DNA from: Rhodothermales bacterium
Lineage (GTDB): Bacteria > Bacteroidota > Rhodothermia > Rhodothermales > UBA10348
Reading direction: 5' to 3'
NCBI GenBank assembly: GCA_030830105.1
Contig: JAURNP010000112.1
Coordinates: forward strand, 1-59,079
Length of the DNA: 59,079 bases
This document shows, piece after piece, positions 9,578-18,253 of the stretch. How positions within the stretch are numbered: position 1 is the stretch's first letter; the number at the start of each line of letters is the position of its first letter. Both the position numbers and the translations under genes were made by a program. The notes under the pieces are model-generated. The model ran no database searches and was not told where the DNA came from. It saw only the letters and a program-made list of their open reading frames with translations.

Positions 9578-10066
9578 TCAGTTCAGGCGTACCTGAATGG
9601 TTACCGAATCACCGACCACTTCAAACACGGCATCTTTCCACTTTGGAGGTCCAAATCGGGCTCGAGCACGCTCCGAGAAGCCGAATGACTCTTTGAACAG
9701 CCCAATCAGGTTGCGATCCAGTTTCCCATTGCGGTTTTCATCCAGATAGATGGCTGCCCCGTAGGTGCCCGCTGGTAAGTCTTCGAAGGTTACCGTAGTC
9801 AGTGTATCGGTGGTGGCAGCCAGAGCACCGAAGACGGGATTGTCGTCGAGCCAGTTTTCTGAAGACGTGTACAGTCCCACACGAACGTCCGCATCAGGCG
9901 TGACAGGGTGGACCACTCCGACGCTCAAGCTCGTACCGTTTTGATCAACCGCCGCGACGTGAGCCAGTTGTGCGAGAACCGGTTGTGCGAGAGCCGGCTG
10001 TGCACCCATCAGGAGCATCCATATGGCTGCAATGCTACTGACTGCTGCGATAATCTGGGCGGGCAT
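9578..10066 (-). CDS. DUF2141 domain-containing secreted protein
   Basis: VGLYTSSENWLDD...AGTYGAAIYLDENRNGKLDRNLIGLFKESFGFS is the DUF2141 pattern. Start trimmed to MPAQIIAAVSS... (signal peptide). The Arg-rich 134-aa extension of the listed ORF overlaps the upstream gene and is rejected. Confidence 0.65.
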   Translation of the reverse strand: MPAQIIAAVSSIAAIWMLLMGAQPALAQPVLAQLAHVAAVDQNGTSLSVGVVHPVTPDADVRVGLYTSSENWLDDNPVFGALAATTDTLTTVTFEDLPAGTYGAAIYLDENRNGKLDRNLIGLFKESFGFSERARARFGPPKWKDAVFEVVGDSVTIQVRLN

Positions 10067-10416
10067 CACGAGCGCAATTTTCTGGCAATCCGCTCCGCTT
10101 CTTCCCGGTTTTCCTCTTCGGGATCGGGGAGGAAGATTTCTGGTTCTGGTTCGGGCAGCGCCTCTGGCATGGATACGTCTGTCAGTTGATCCCAATCGGC
10201 GCTTGTCACAATTGCTTCCAGGTTTTGAATGCGCGTAATCAACGTGGCATTCTGCTGTTCCAACTTCTCGGCTAGCTCCTGGAAAGACGTCTCGAGCGAT
10301 TCCGCGGATGCGCCCAGTGTCGCTTGTTCTTTTTTGAACTTGAGCCATTCGGACCAGGCACCGGCCATGATGCCTGCGATTGGGATGAGAACCCACGCGA
10401 AAGACCAGAAATTCAT
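10066..10416 (-). CDS. membrane-anchored coiled-coil protein, PspB-like
   Basis: N-terminal TM (MNFWSFAWVLIPIAGIMAGAW) followed by a coiled coil. ITRIQNLEAIVTSADWD resembles the E. coli PspB segment RIQALESILDAEHPNW (from memory). Acidic tail. The stop overlaps the next ATG by 1 nt. Confidence 0.4.
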   Translation of the reverse strand: MNFWSFAWVLIPIAGIMAGAWSEWLKFKKEQATLGASAESLETSFQELAEKLEQQNATLITRIQNLEAIVTSADWDQLTDVSMPEALPEPEPEIFLPDPEEENREEAERIARKLRS

Positions 10417-10604
10417 GAGCTATGGGAGAATTGGTACACAAAGCGTAGCGAGATGGGTGTTGGTACACGATTTAAGGAGTCCGGTTGCGAACACGGGTAA
10501 CGATACCGGTAAATGCATCCTACATTCGGGTTGTCCCGGGCAAAAGCACGCTTTCGGCCCATGGTACCTCATCTTGCTTTCCGATTTCAGCCCTGTGTCT
10601 GTAC

Positions 10605-11177
10605 ATGCCTCGATTTCGTTTCACGTCCGTCGCCCTGATTCTAACTCTCGTGGCCATTTCCGCATGGCTGCCCATTTACCCAGCGGAAGCTGACTCCGCT
10701 GATGCCCGAGCTACAAAGACTGTTATTCTGGTTCGCCATGCTGAGAAATGTACAGAGCCTGCGTCCGATCCCGGCCTTACAAGCTTAGGTATTGAACGCG
10801 CGGAATCGTTGCGCAATACGCTCAAAGATGTTTCGGTTGATGCCATTTACTCCACTCCGTTTGAGCGGACGCTCTTGACCGTAAAAGGCCTTTCTGAAGA
10901 TCATGACTTGGAGATCATCGAGACGCCGGTATCTGCCGGTTTTCTGGAGCGACTGGTCCAGACCATCCAGCAATCGGAGGATGCTGTCATCGTCGTATCT
11001 GGCCACAGCAATACGACCGCTCGCGTGGTAAACTTACTGGCAGGGACGGACTACCCCGATCTCGAGGAATCGGAATATGACCGATTGTTTGTGGTCCATA
11101 TTCCTGAATCGGAAAAACCCGTTGTCACGGCTCTTCGCTACGGTCCGTCGTCCGGTCCGTCGTCCTCACCCTGCTGA
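10605..11177 (+). CDS. histidine phosphatase family protein (SixA/phosphoglycerate-mutase-like), secreted
   Basis: VILVRHAEK (RHG-type motif), YSTPFERT and VVSGHSNT. Start trimmed to MPRFRFTSVALILTLVAISA (signal peptide). Confidence 0.75.
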   Translation: MPRFRFTSVALILTLVAISAWLPIYPAEADSADARATKTVILVRHAEKCTEPASDPGLTSLGIERAESLRNTLKDVSVDAIYSTPFERTLLTVKGLSEDHDLEIIETPVSAGFLERLVQTIQQSEDAVIVVSGHSNTTARVVNLLAGTDYPDLEESEYDRLFVVHIPESEKPVVTALRYGPSSGPSSSPC

Positions 11178-11531
11178 GGCTTCTCTTTTGGCGCTTTTCT
11201 GAAGCGCCAGCACCTCCAGAAGGAGCAGGTCCAGGTTCTGTCGCTGGGTCTTCCAGATGCGTAAGCGGACGTCATTGGCGTGTTTGCCCGGGATGATGTC
11301 CAGTAGCTCGTGCTTCTTGGGTGTGATGATCAACCGATCCTTGAAGGGTCGTCTCTGGATGCGGATATCCTGAATGGCACCCGGCTCAATCTTGATCACA
11401 TCGGTATCCTCGTCGACCAAGCCCAACAGCTTGTTGGTGAGGTGAACCACCAGGAACTCGTCGTCCACCAAGACCATGCCTTCGAGTTCTCGCAGGCCAA
11501 CGTCTGGCAATGTGAATGGAATACGATTCAA
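11166..11531 (-). CDS. hypothetical protein, probably co-transcribed with the desaturase
   Basis: 121-aa ORF 24 nt downstream of the desaturase on the same strand. No family recognised. Convergent 12-nt overlap with the phosphatase gene. Confidence 0.45.
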   Translation of the reverse strand: MNRIPFTLPDVGLRELEGMVLVDDEFLVVHLTNKLLGLVDEDTDVIKIEPGAIQDIRIQRRPFKDRLIITPKKHELLDIIPGKHANDVRLRIWKTQRQNLDLLLLEVLALQKSAKREASAG

Positions 11532-11555
11532 GTCTCGGGGAGAGGACAGTGTCGC

Positions 11556-12659
11556 TTACGCCGCAGCGACCACAGGTTTATCGGTTCGTCCCAACATCTT
11601 CAACATCCGATAATGTGAGCCGATGGCCCCGCGCAGCGTTGGGTGATAATTGTACGGGATCTCGTAGCGTGCGGCTACTTCCCGGACGATCCTGGATACT
11701 TCTGGATAGTGGATGCTGCAGACCTGAGGAAAGAGATGATGCTCGATCTGGTAGTTCAGTCCACCGATATATGCCTGCAGCGCCTTGTTGCGATGGGCAA
11801 AGTTGGCCGTTGTCAGCATCTCATGGATAAGCCAGGCATGTTCCATGTTACCGTCGTCGTCGGGGCTGAGGTATTCCGTTCCCTCTACGACATGAGCCAG
11901 CTGGAAAATGACGCCGAGAATCAAGCCCGCCGTCAGGTGCATGGTCAGGAATCCGATCAGGAATTGCCACCACGTTATTTCCAGTAGCATGAGGGGTAGA
12001 ACGATCATGTACAGGACTACCAGGACCTTGGTAACGAACAGGATGACCCACTCCGAAGCAGGGTGTTTTTTGTCCTTGTACGGCCCGATATCGCTCTTCA
12101 TGAATTGCTGGAAGTCCTTGGCGAACAACCAGTTGACAGTGGCAAGACTGTAGGCTGGAAACGCAAAAAACTGCTGAAAGCGATGGAATCCGAATCGGGG
12201 CTCCTCTGGCGACAACCGTACCAGCGGGGAGACTGCCAAATCCTCGTCCACACCGGGGATGTTGGTGTAGGTATGGTGGATCACATTGTGGGTAATCTTC
12301 CACATGTATCCATTGGCACCAAGCATGTCGAATGTGTACCCGAGAAGCTTGTTGACCGTGGCGTTTGATGAATAGGCACCATGCAGCGCATCATGAGCCA
12401 CGCCGAATCCAACGCCAGCGGCTCCAACGCCCATAATGAACGTCAACAGCCACATTTGCATCAGGCTGAATTGGCCGGAGATGATCAGGGCATAGGAGCC
12501 AAATGTCATCAATAGGACGACGATCCCGTTCCGGACCATACGCCAGTTGGCATGCTTCGAGAGGCTGTTGTCCTTGAAGTACTGATTGACTTCAGCCTTC
12601 ACTTCGGGAATGAAACCGCTCAGGTCCCGGTTGGCGAAGCGGATTTTCCGTTGACTCAT
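11556..12659 (-). CDS. membrane fatty acid desaturase
   Basis: Three histidine boxes (HDALHG, HNVIHH, QIEHHLFP) plus hydrophobic helices. 367 aa. Confidence 0.85.
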   Translation of the reverse strand: MSQRKIRFANRDLSGFIPEVKAEVNQYFKDNSLSKHANWRMVRNGIVVLLMTFGSYALIISGQFSLMQMWLLTFIMGVGAAGVGFGVAHDALHGAYSSNATVNKLLGYTFDMLGANGYMWKITHNVIHHTYTNIPGVDEDLAVSPLVRLSPEEPRFGFHRFQQFFAFPAYSLATVNWLFAKDFQQFMKSDIGPYKDKKHPASEWVILFVTKVLVVLYMIVLPLMLLEITWWQFLIGFLTMHLTAGLILGVIFQLAHVVEGTEYLSPDDDGNMEHAWLIHEMLTTANFAHRNKALQAYIGGLNYQIEHHLFPQVCSIHYPEVSRIVREVAARYEIPYNYHPTLRGAIGSHYRMLKMLGRTDKPVVAAA

Positions 12660-12743
12660 GGTAAACGACGTAACATGTTCCGATAGATGTGATGCATCTG
12701 TCGGGAAGATACGGATCGCACGGATCGCGTTGTCCGCACAAAC

Positions 12744-13262
12744 TTAACCGTCAGTCTGTGCTTCCCGAATCTGTGCAACGACGGGACGCAACAATTCGTT
12801 CGGAATGGGTACGGTCAAATTGTACTGCTTCACTTTCCAGATGCCGTCCACCTTGACCAGCACACCTGTACCACGGCACTCACCAAAGCCTTCGTTATCC
12901 AAGCGCTCATCAAACCAAGCGGTGTTTCCTTGGTCGTCAATGAATACGTGCCGTTCCGTCATCGTGTACGTCCAGCCGGTACCGCGATCAAAGGCCGGGC
13001 GGGCGTACTGCTGAAAATCAGCAATCGTCCAACGTTCTTTGGCGTCGGTACCCATGAAAATGGCATCTGGCGTGTACAGGTCGAAATAGCCCTCGAAGTC
13101 TGCCTCTGAGGCCAGGCGATGGACATCGTCCAAAACGGCGGAGACGGCTGCTTCTTCATCTTGTGCTGCGACGGGAAGAACCAGGAAGGCTAGGGCGATG
13201 AACGTCAGGAATCGGGACATGACAGAGAGTGGCTGATCAGAGTCGGACATTATGCGTGGCAT
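12744..13262 (-). CDS. NTF2-like (SnoaL/DUF4440-type) secreted protein
   Basis: Signal-like FLTFIALAFLVLPVAAQ followed by an NTF2-like pattern (AIFMGTDAKERW...TAWFDERL...GVLVKVDGIWKVKQYNLT). The true start may be the ATG at 13220. Confidence 0.6.
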   Translation of the reverse strand: MPRIMSDSDQPLSVMSRFLTFIALAFLVLPVAAQDEEAAVSAVLDDVHRLASEADFEGYFDLYTPDAIFMGTDAKERWTIADFQQYARPAFDRGTGWTYTMTERHVFIDDQGNTAWFDERLDNEGFGECRGTGVLVKVDGIWKVKQYNLTVPIPNELLRPVVAQIREAQTDG

Positions 13263-13302
13263 ATGCTATCATGCCAATGTACCACTAAGATCCCCGATCG
13301 TC

Positions 13303-14568
13303 ATGGCTTCTCGACGCTCGTTCCTGAAAACCGCACTTGTCACTTCCTCCGCGGCAGTCATTTCTCCTGTCGACCTGATGGCCATGATTCCCCGACTGGG
13401 TGGATCGGAAATGACACCTGAATGGGTGCTGAATGCCCGAAAGCAGATTCCAGCTACGAGGGATCGCTTTTTCCAGACGGCCGGTATCGCTCCCAGTCCC
13501 ACTCCGGTGCTGGATGTAGTATCAAAGGTCCTTCACTACCAGAATCAGGGGCCGGTTCATCCGGATATCTATCCGAGCGTCGCAGCCACAGAGCCGGATT
13601 TACGGACCCATTTCGGTGCCCTGTTCGGTGCGCACGCGCATGAAATCGCGCTCACGCATTCCACGTCTGAAGGAATCAATATTGCCTCCTGGTCGAGGAA
13701 TTGGGACAAGGATGATGAGGTGATCATCAGCAACCAGGAGCATCCTGCCAATACCATCCCGTGGTACAACCTAGCTACGCGGTTCGGGGTCACGGTGCGC
13801 CGGGCCGATCTCACGACGGGTACCAACCTGATGGATGCCGTCAGGGCAGTCGCTTCGACGCGCACAAAATTTGTATCCATTCCTCATGTATCGCGAAATA
13901 ATGGTCGTCGTATAACGGATGAGGAATCCGCTACGTTGGCCGCATGGCTTCGGGAAAGGGACATCCGCTTCCATCTCGACGGGGCACAGGGTCCGGGATG
14001 CGTACCTGTGGATTTTCGACTGTTGGGATGCGACTACTACAGTGCATGTGGGCACAAGTGGCTTCTGGGACCGAAAGGGACAGGTGCATTTTTCTGTCAT
14101 GAAGACGTTTTGGACCGCACGGAAATGTCCTGGACAGGCTCCCATTCTACGCTTTCCTACGACCAGGAAGGCGGTTATGAACTCATTCCGGAGGCGCGCC
14201 GATTCGAATTCGGTACGCGCGCGCTGGCTACCTTTGCTGGATTCGATGCCGCATTGAGCTGGATGGAGTCGATCGGTATGGATCGGATTCTGAAGCGTGT
14301 AGACGAATTGGTTACCTATGCGGAAGAATCCTGGCAAGAACGAGGCCACACCATCACCTCACCGATCGGAGAGGCTCGTTCCGGCGTGCTGGTGATTCGG
14401 CTTCCTGAGCCGCTCACCGGGTGGCAGGTCTACGAATCGCTCAGATCAGAAGCGTCATCGTTCACGTCACCGGTCGATGGCCCTCGTGATCTTCGGATCG
14501 CCATTCACTTCATCAACACGCGTTCTGAAATCGATGCCACGTTCAATGCCATTGAGTCGCTCCTTTAG
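13303..14568 (+). CDS. class V aminotransferase-fold PLP enzyme with twin-arginine (Tat) signal
   Basis: MASRRSFLKTALVTSSAAV is a Tat-type signal. SACGHKWLLGPKGTG contains the PLP-lysine context of class V enzymes (cysteine desulfurase / isopenicillin-N-epimerase-like). Confidence 0.8.
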   Translation: MASRRSFLKTALVTSSAAVISPVDLMAMIPRLGGSEMTPEWVLNARKQIPATRDRFFQTAGIAPSPTPVLDVVSKVLHYQNQGPVHPDIYPSVAATEPDLRTHFGALFGAHAHEIALTHSTSEGINIASWSRNWDKDDEVIISNQEHPANTIPWYNLATRFGVTVRRADLTTGTNLMDAVRAVASTRTKFVSIPHVSRNNGRRITDEESATLAAWLRERDIRFHLDGAQGPGCVPVDFRLLGCDYYSACGHKWLLGPKGTGAFFCHEDVLDRTEMSWTGSHSTLSYDQEGGYELIPEARRFEFGTRALATFAGFDAALSWMESIGMDRILKRVDELVTYAEESWQERGHTITSPIGEARSGVLVIRLPEPLTGWQVYESLRSEASSFTSPVDGPRDLRIAIHFINTRSEIDATFNAIESLL

Positions 14569-16291
14569 GTGGCTGCTTCTTCCATTGTTTGCTGCCGCTT
14601 TTCTGACAGTACGTTGCTCCAGTAATTCCCAGGCAGATCTCGTTTTACACAATGGTCAGGTCTACACCGTGGGATGGTCTGATCCCGGGCTGGACGGCAC
14701 GCCGGCCCTGGATGCGCCGGTGCGTGACAGTACGTGGACACCCGATGCCTCTGCTGTGGTCGTGCAGGATGGAAGGATTGTGTTTGTGGGTGATGACGAT
14801 GAGGCGCGTTCATGGACGGGCGCATCTACGCGCGAGGTGGATCTGAATGGAGCGACGGTGCTTCCAGGATTGGTAGAAAGTCACGGCCACCTGCACGAGA
14901 TTGGAGAAAAAGCAGAAGAAATCAGCCTTGTGGGTGTTTTGTCTGAGGAAGAGATCGCGGATCGTTTGACGCAAGCAGCCGGGGGGCGTCCTGCTGGCGA
15001 GTGGATTCTGGGTACGGGATGGGATGAAGGGGAATGGGCCAATCAGCTTCCTGACCGGGCCTTCCTGGATACGCTCTTTCCCGAAAACCCTGTCGTTCTC
15101 AAGGGCCTTCGAGGATTTGGAACGTTGGGTAACGCGCTGGCCCTGGAAGCAGCAGACGTGGGCTCACAGACCCAAGATCCCGTGGGAGGAACCTTGGTTC
15201 GGCGTGATGATGGGTCGCTGAGTGGGGTATTGCTGAATAACGCCACCGATATGCTCAATGACGCGGTGCCCCAGAGGAGTCTGGAACATCGCAAGCGCAT
15301 TCTGCGGCATGGGATGGATGCGCTGCTCATGGCTGGATATGTATCGACCCATCATGCAGGCGTACGAACAGATTATTTGCCGGTCTATCAAGCCATGGCA
15401 CAGGCCGATGAGCTTCCGATGCGGGTTCAGGCCATGCTGTCTGTTGGAGTGGTCGAAGCGCCGGAGGTAGAAGAATGGACGCGCCGCGGGCCCACAAGGG
15501 ATCCTGAAGCGATGCTGCAGATCCGTTCGGTCAAAGCGTACTACGATGGATCCCTCGGGTCCCGCGGCGCGAAACTGATTGAGGATTACGCCGATCAACC
15601 GGGTCATCGCGGGATTGCCGGAGCGGAGTATGGCTTTGACCCCGATGCTGTCGAGGCATTCATGGCAGCCGGATTTCAGGCTGGAATCCACGCCATCGGG
15701 GATGCTGGAAACCGGGATGTGCTCGATTTCTACGAAGGCGTCTTTGAACGGCACCCGCAAACCCAGGCGTTGCGTCACCGCATAGAACACGCCCAAGTCG
15801 TGCATCCGGACGACTTTGCCAGGTTCGGAACGTTGAGCATAGTGGCATCCATGGAACCCGGACATGCCGTCGAAGACAGCCCATGGGCTGGAGAGCGCCT
15901 GGGTCCGGACCGCGTGCGAGGGGCATATGCCTGGCGTCAGCTCCGGAAAGGAGGCGCGCTGCTTCTATTCAACTCCGACTTCACCGGAACCGATTGGTCT
16001 GTGTTCTACGGACTGCACGCCGCGGTGACGCGCACCAAGAAGGACGGGACGCCCGAAGGTGGTTGGCTACCCGAAGAAGTGGTTTCGGTGGAGGAGGCCC
16101 TGCGCGCCTACACCATCTGGCCAGCCCGCTCATCGGGACTGGATTTCCATACCGGTACGCTTGAAGTCGGCAAGTGGGCCGACATCACCGTCATGGATAT
16201 CGACCCATTCAACACCCCGGTCGACCGATTGATGGAAGGTCGGATTCTGATGACCTTGGTTGACGGAAAGGTGCGCTACGAGGCGGAGTAA
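14534..16291 (+). CDS. amidohydrolase family (amidohydrolase_3-like) lipoprotein
   Basis: MPRSMPLSRSFRWLLLPLFAAAFLTVRCS lipoprotein signal. Metal-binding VESHGHLHE and IHAIGD...HRIEHAQV are typical of the metal-dependent amidohydrolase_3 family. The start overlaps the upstream gene by 35 nt (the alternative ATG at 14546 gives 23 nt). Confidence 0.8.
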   Translation: MPRSMPLSRSFRWLLLPLFAAAFLTVRCSSNSQADLVLHNGQVYTVGWSDPGLDGTPALDAPVRDSTWTPDASAVVVQDGRIVFVGDDDEARSWTGASTREVDLNGATVLPGLVESHGHLHEIGEKAEEISLVGVLSEEEIADRLTQAAGGRPAGEWILGTGWDEGEWANQLPDRAFLDTLFPENPVVLKGLRGFGTLGNALALEAADVGSQTQDPVGGTLVRRDDGSLSGVLLNNATDMLNDAVPQRSLEHRKRILRHGMDALLMAGYVSTHHAGVRTDYLPVYQAMAQADELPMRVQAMLSVGVVEAPEVEEWTRRGPTRDPEAMLQIRSVKAYYDGSLGSRGAKLIEDYADQPGHRGIAGAEYGFDPDAVEAFMAAGFQAGIHAIGDAGNRDVLDFYEGVFERHPQTQALRHRIEHAQVVHPDDFARFGTLSIVASMEPGHAVEDSPWAGERLGPDRVRGAYAWRQLRKGGALLLFNSDFTGTDWSVFYGLHAAVTRTKKDGTPEGGWLPEEVVSVEEALRAYTIWPARSSGLDFHTGTLEVGKWADITVMDIDPFNTPVDRLMEGRILMTLVDGKVRYEAE

Positions 16292-16328
16292 TTAGGACTT
16301 TCTGGCTCGCCCAGCGATCCGGTCCCGG

Positions 16329-17246
16329 CTAATCTGTGTCGGGATAATTCGTGATCCAGTCGGATTCGGCTGCGAGGTAACCAAAGGAAGCCCAAGTCCC
16401 TTCTTCAAGGAGCGAACCGAGCAAGTTCTGAGCACGCTCGACGTCGTGGTTTTCGAAATGCCAGTTGGCCACGCCGTAACGGATGGCATCGCCCGCCGAT
16501 CCATCGCCAGTCAGTTCCTCTTCGCTCATCAACCCCTTGTAGAACAGGGTCAGTTGGTGGTATGCATGGTTTTCGATGATGTCCATGTCCGCTGATATCG
16601 GTTCCAGCACGGCCGCTGCTGCCTCCTCATTGCCCATGCGGCGGTGAATCATGTAAAGCCAGTGGGTATTGGACACAACGTTGTCTGCATAAGTGCCGGA
16701 AGCCAGGCTTCGCTCGTAAGCGCGCAGGGCGCTACGCATGTCCTGCTTCAAGTAATAGGCCAAGCCGAGGTGATAGTAGATGTTGCCATGCAGCGTGCTG
16801 ACGGGGATGCCTTGGGCGTTGGGCATCCCATCGGGCTCGACCTCGTTCTCAGTACCCTCGATCAGATCAGAGGCCTTCTCGAAATCGACGATGGCGCGGT
16901 CCAGCTCCCTGATCGCGATATAGCGATGCCCTCGGTGGCGATAGAAGCGCGCGTCATCCGGAAAGCGTTCAATTCCCTCGGTGAAGAGCGCGATCGCCTT
17001 ATCGTAGTCTCCGGCATAGGCTGAAAAGCGTCCGTACCAGATCAGGGCATCAGCGCTGCCGGGATGCGCCTCGTAATCGCGTTTTCGCGCCTCGTATCGG
17101 GCGATCAGGGCGCTGTCTGGTGCGGACGCATACAGGTCACGCCCATCGAGCGAAATCGCGTCTGGTGCATGGTCGGACATCGCCACATCGTCAGAAGGCT
17201 GACAGGCGGCCACGACAAAGGCGAGCAGAATCAGGGTACGTTTCAT
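16329..17246 (-). CDS. tetratricopeptide-repeat lipoprotein
   Basis: MKRTLILLAFVVAAC signal followed by repeated TPR-like A/Y/G patterns (YGRFSAYAGDYDKAIALF, YHLGLAYYLKQDMRSALRAYE). Confidence 0.7.
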   Translation of the reverse strand: MKRTLILLAFVVAACQPSDDVAMSDHAPDAISLDGRDLYASAPDSALIARYEARKRDYEAHPGSADALIWYGRFSAYAGDYDKAIALFTEGIERFPDDARFYRHRGHRYIAIRELDRAIVDFEKASDLIEGTENEVEPDGMPNAQGIPVSTLHGNIYYHLGLAYYLKQDMRSALRAYERSLASGTYADNVVSNTHWLYMIHRRMGNEEAAAAVLEPISADMDIIENHAYHQLTLFYKGLMSEEELTGDGSAGDAIRYGVANWHFENHDVERAQNLLGSLLEEGTWASFGYLAAESDWITNYPDTD

Positions 17247-17297
17247 GGTGATCAGGTCAGTAGGTTGAGCTGCAGATGCCAGTACGGCAGAACCGGT

Positions 17298-17837
17298 TCA
17301 GTCAGAGGAAAGCGTGCGCTCAAAATAGCGGATTTCTGGTCCACCGGTCGAAAGGTGTCTCTGTTCGCCGCCTTCGAGACCCAATTTCCGAAGCACACGC
17401 ACTGATGCTTCATTGGTCACAGCCGTGAATGCGCATACTTTAGGCAGTCTGAAAACGGTACGGGCTACGCCCACCATGGCATGCCCTGCCTCCGTCGCAT
17501 ACCCCCTTCCGTAGAAAGCGGCCAGGTAGGCAAAACCCACGTCAGGAAAGGTCAGCGTTTCGCGCTGCAAGAGCCCGCAGATTCCGATTCGAGTAGACGT
17601 ATCCACGAGTTCCACCGTGTTCATGCCGAAGCCGTGCTTGCGGTAATTGTCCCATCCGGCGGACTGAATGTATCCGAGGGCATCTTCCAGGGTCCGTACC
17701 TCTTTATCCCCGATGTTTTCCAGGAAATCCGGTTCGTTTAGGAGCTCGAGAATGAACGCTGCGTCCTCGGTCTGCATGGGCCGGATCAGGAGCCGGTCAG
17801 TTTCGACGGGCAAGCCTCGGGCGTCATTCAGGCTCAT
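17298..17837 (-). CDS. GNAT family N-acetyltransferase (RimJ/RimL-like)
   Basis: TDRLLIRPMQTEDA..., the GYATEAG acetyl-CoA-binding region and NEASVRVLRKLGL. The ATGA overlaps the upstream stop. Confidence 0.8.
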   Translation of the reverse strand: MSLNDARGLPVETDRLLIRPMQTEDAAFILELLNEPDFLENIGDKEVRTLEDALGYIQSAGWDNYRKHGFGMNTVELVDTSTRIGICGLLQRETLTFPDVGFAYLAAFYGRGYATEAGHAMVGVARTVFRLPKVCAFTAVTNEASVRVLRKLGLEGGEQRHLSTGGPEIRYFERTLSSD

Positions 17838-18253
17838 GGTGATGGGTTTCTGGCGCTGGTGATGCTTCGCAGAATGACCACGCCCACCATGATGTCAAAT
17901 GCGAGGCAGGCCCACACATACCACTCGGGGGCGTGCGTCCACGGGCCGATGGGAGCATGAAAAATAAGATCCCACACTGGGTGGAGTAACCATCCAATGC
18001 CCAGCCACCGGGGGTCGTGGGTTACGGACAGAAGCACAAACACGCCAAAAACCAACACGCCGCATACCTCTACCAGGATGGCCCAGTCAGATGCCCCTCC
18101 CAGAAAGGCAAGGACGACGTATATCAACGCAGCGACAATCAGGGTCAACACGTAGTATTCGCGAGCCCGTTCCGGGCGCGAGCCGACGTGTCGGTTGAAT
18201 GCAAAAGCAGCCAGTACACCTACCAGCAGGCCAATCAAGGCGGAAAGTCCCAT
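17834..18253 (-). CDS. 4-TM membrane protein, function unknown
   Basis: 139 aa, four hydrophobic helices. Start ATG overlaps the upstream TGA by 1 nt (TGATG at 18251..18255). Confidence 0.55.
   Translation of the reverse strand: MGLSALIGLLVGVLAAFAFNRHVGSRPERAREYYVLTLIVAALIYVVLAFLGGASDWAILVEVCGVLVFGVFVLLSVTHDPRWLGIGWLLHPVWDLIFHAPIGPWTHAPEWYVWACLAFDIMVGVVILRSITSARNPSP

Noticed and set aside
10067-10468. Arg-rich 134-aa N-terminal extension of the DUF2141 ORF, and similar long extensions of listed ORFs (7214..7276, 8918..9028, 19159..19218, 32339..32413, 37460..37510, 43458..43580, 47348..47506).
   Set aside because: The extensions overlap upstream genes or promoters and have junk-like composition. 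Internal ATGs sit directly before signal peptides or conserved N-termini, often at stop/start overlaps.
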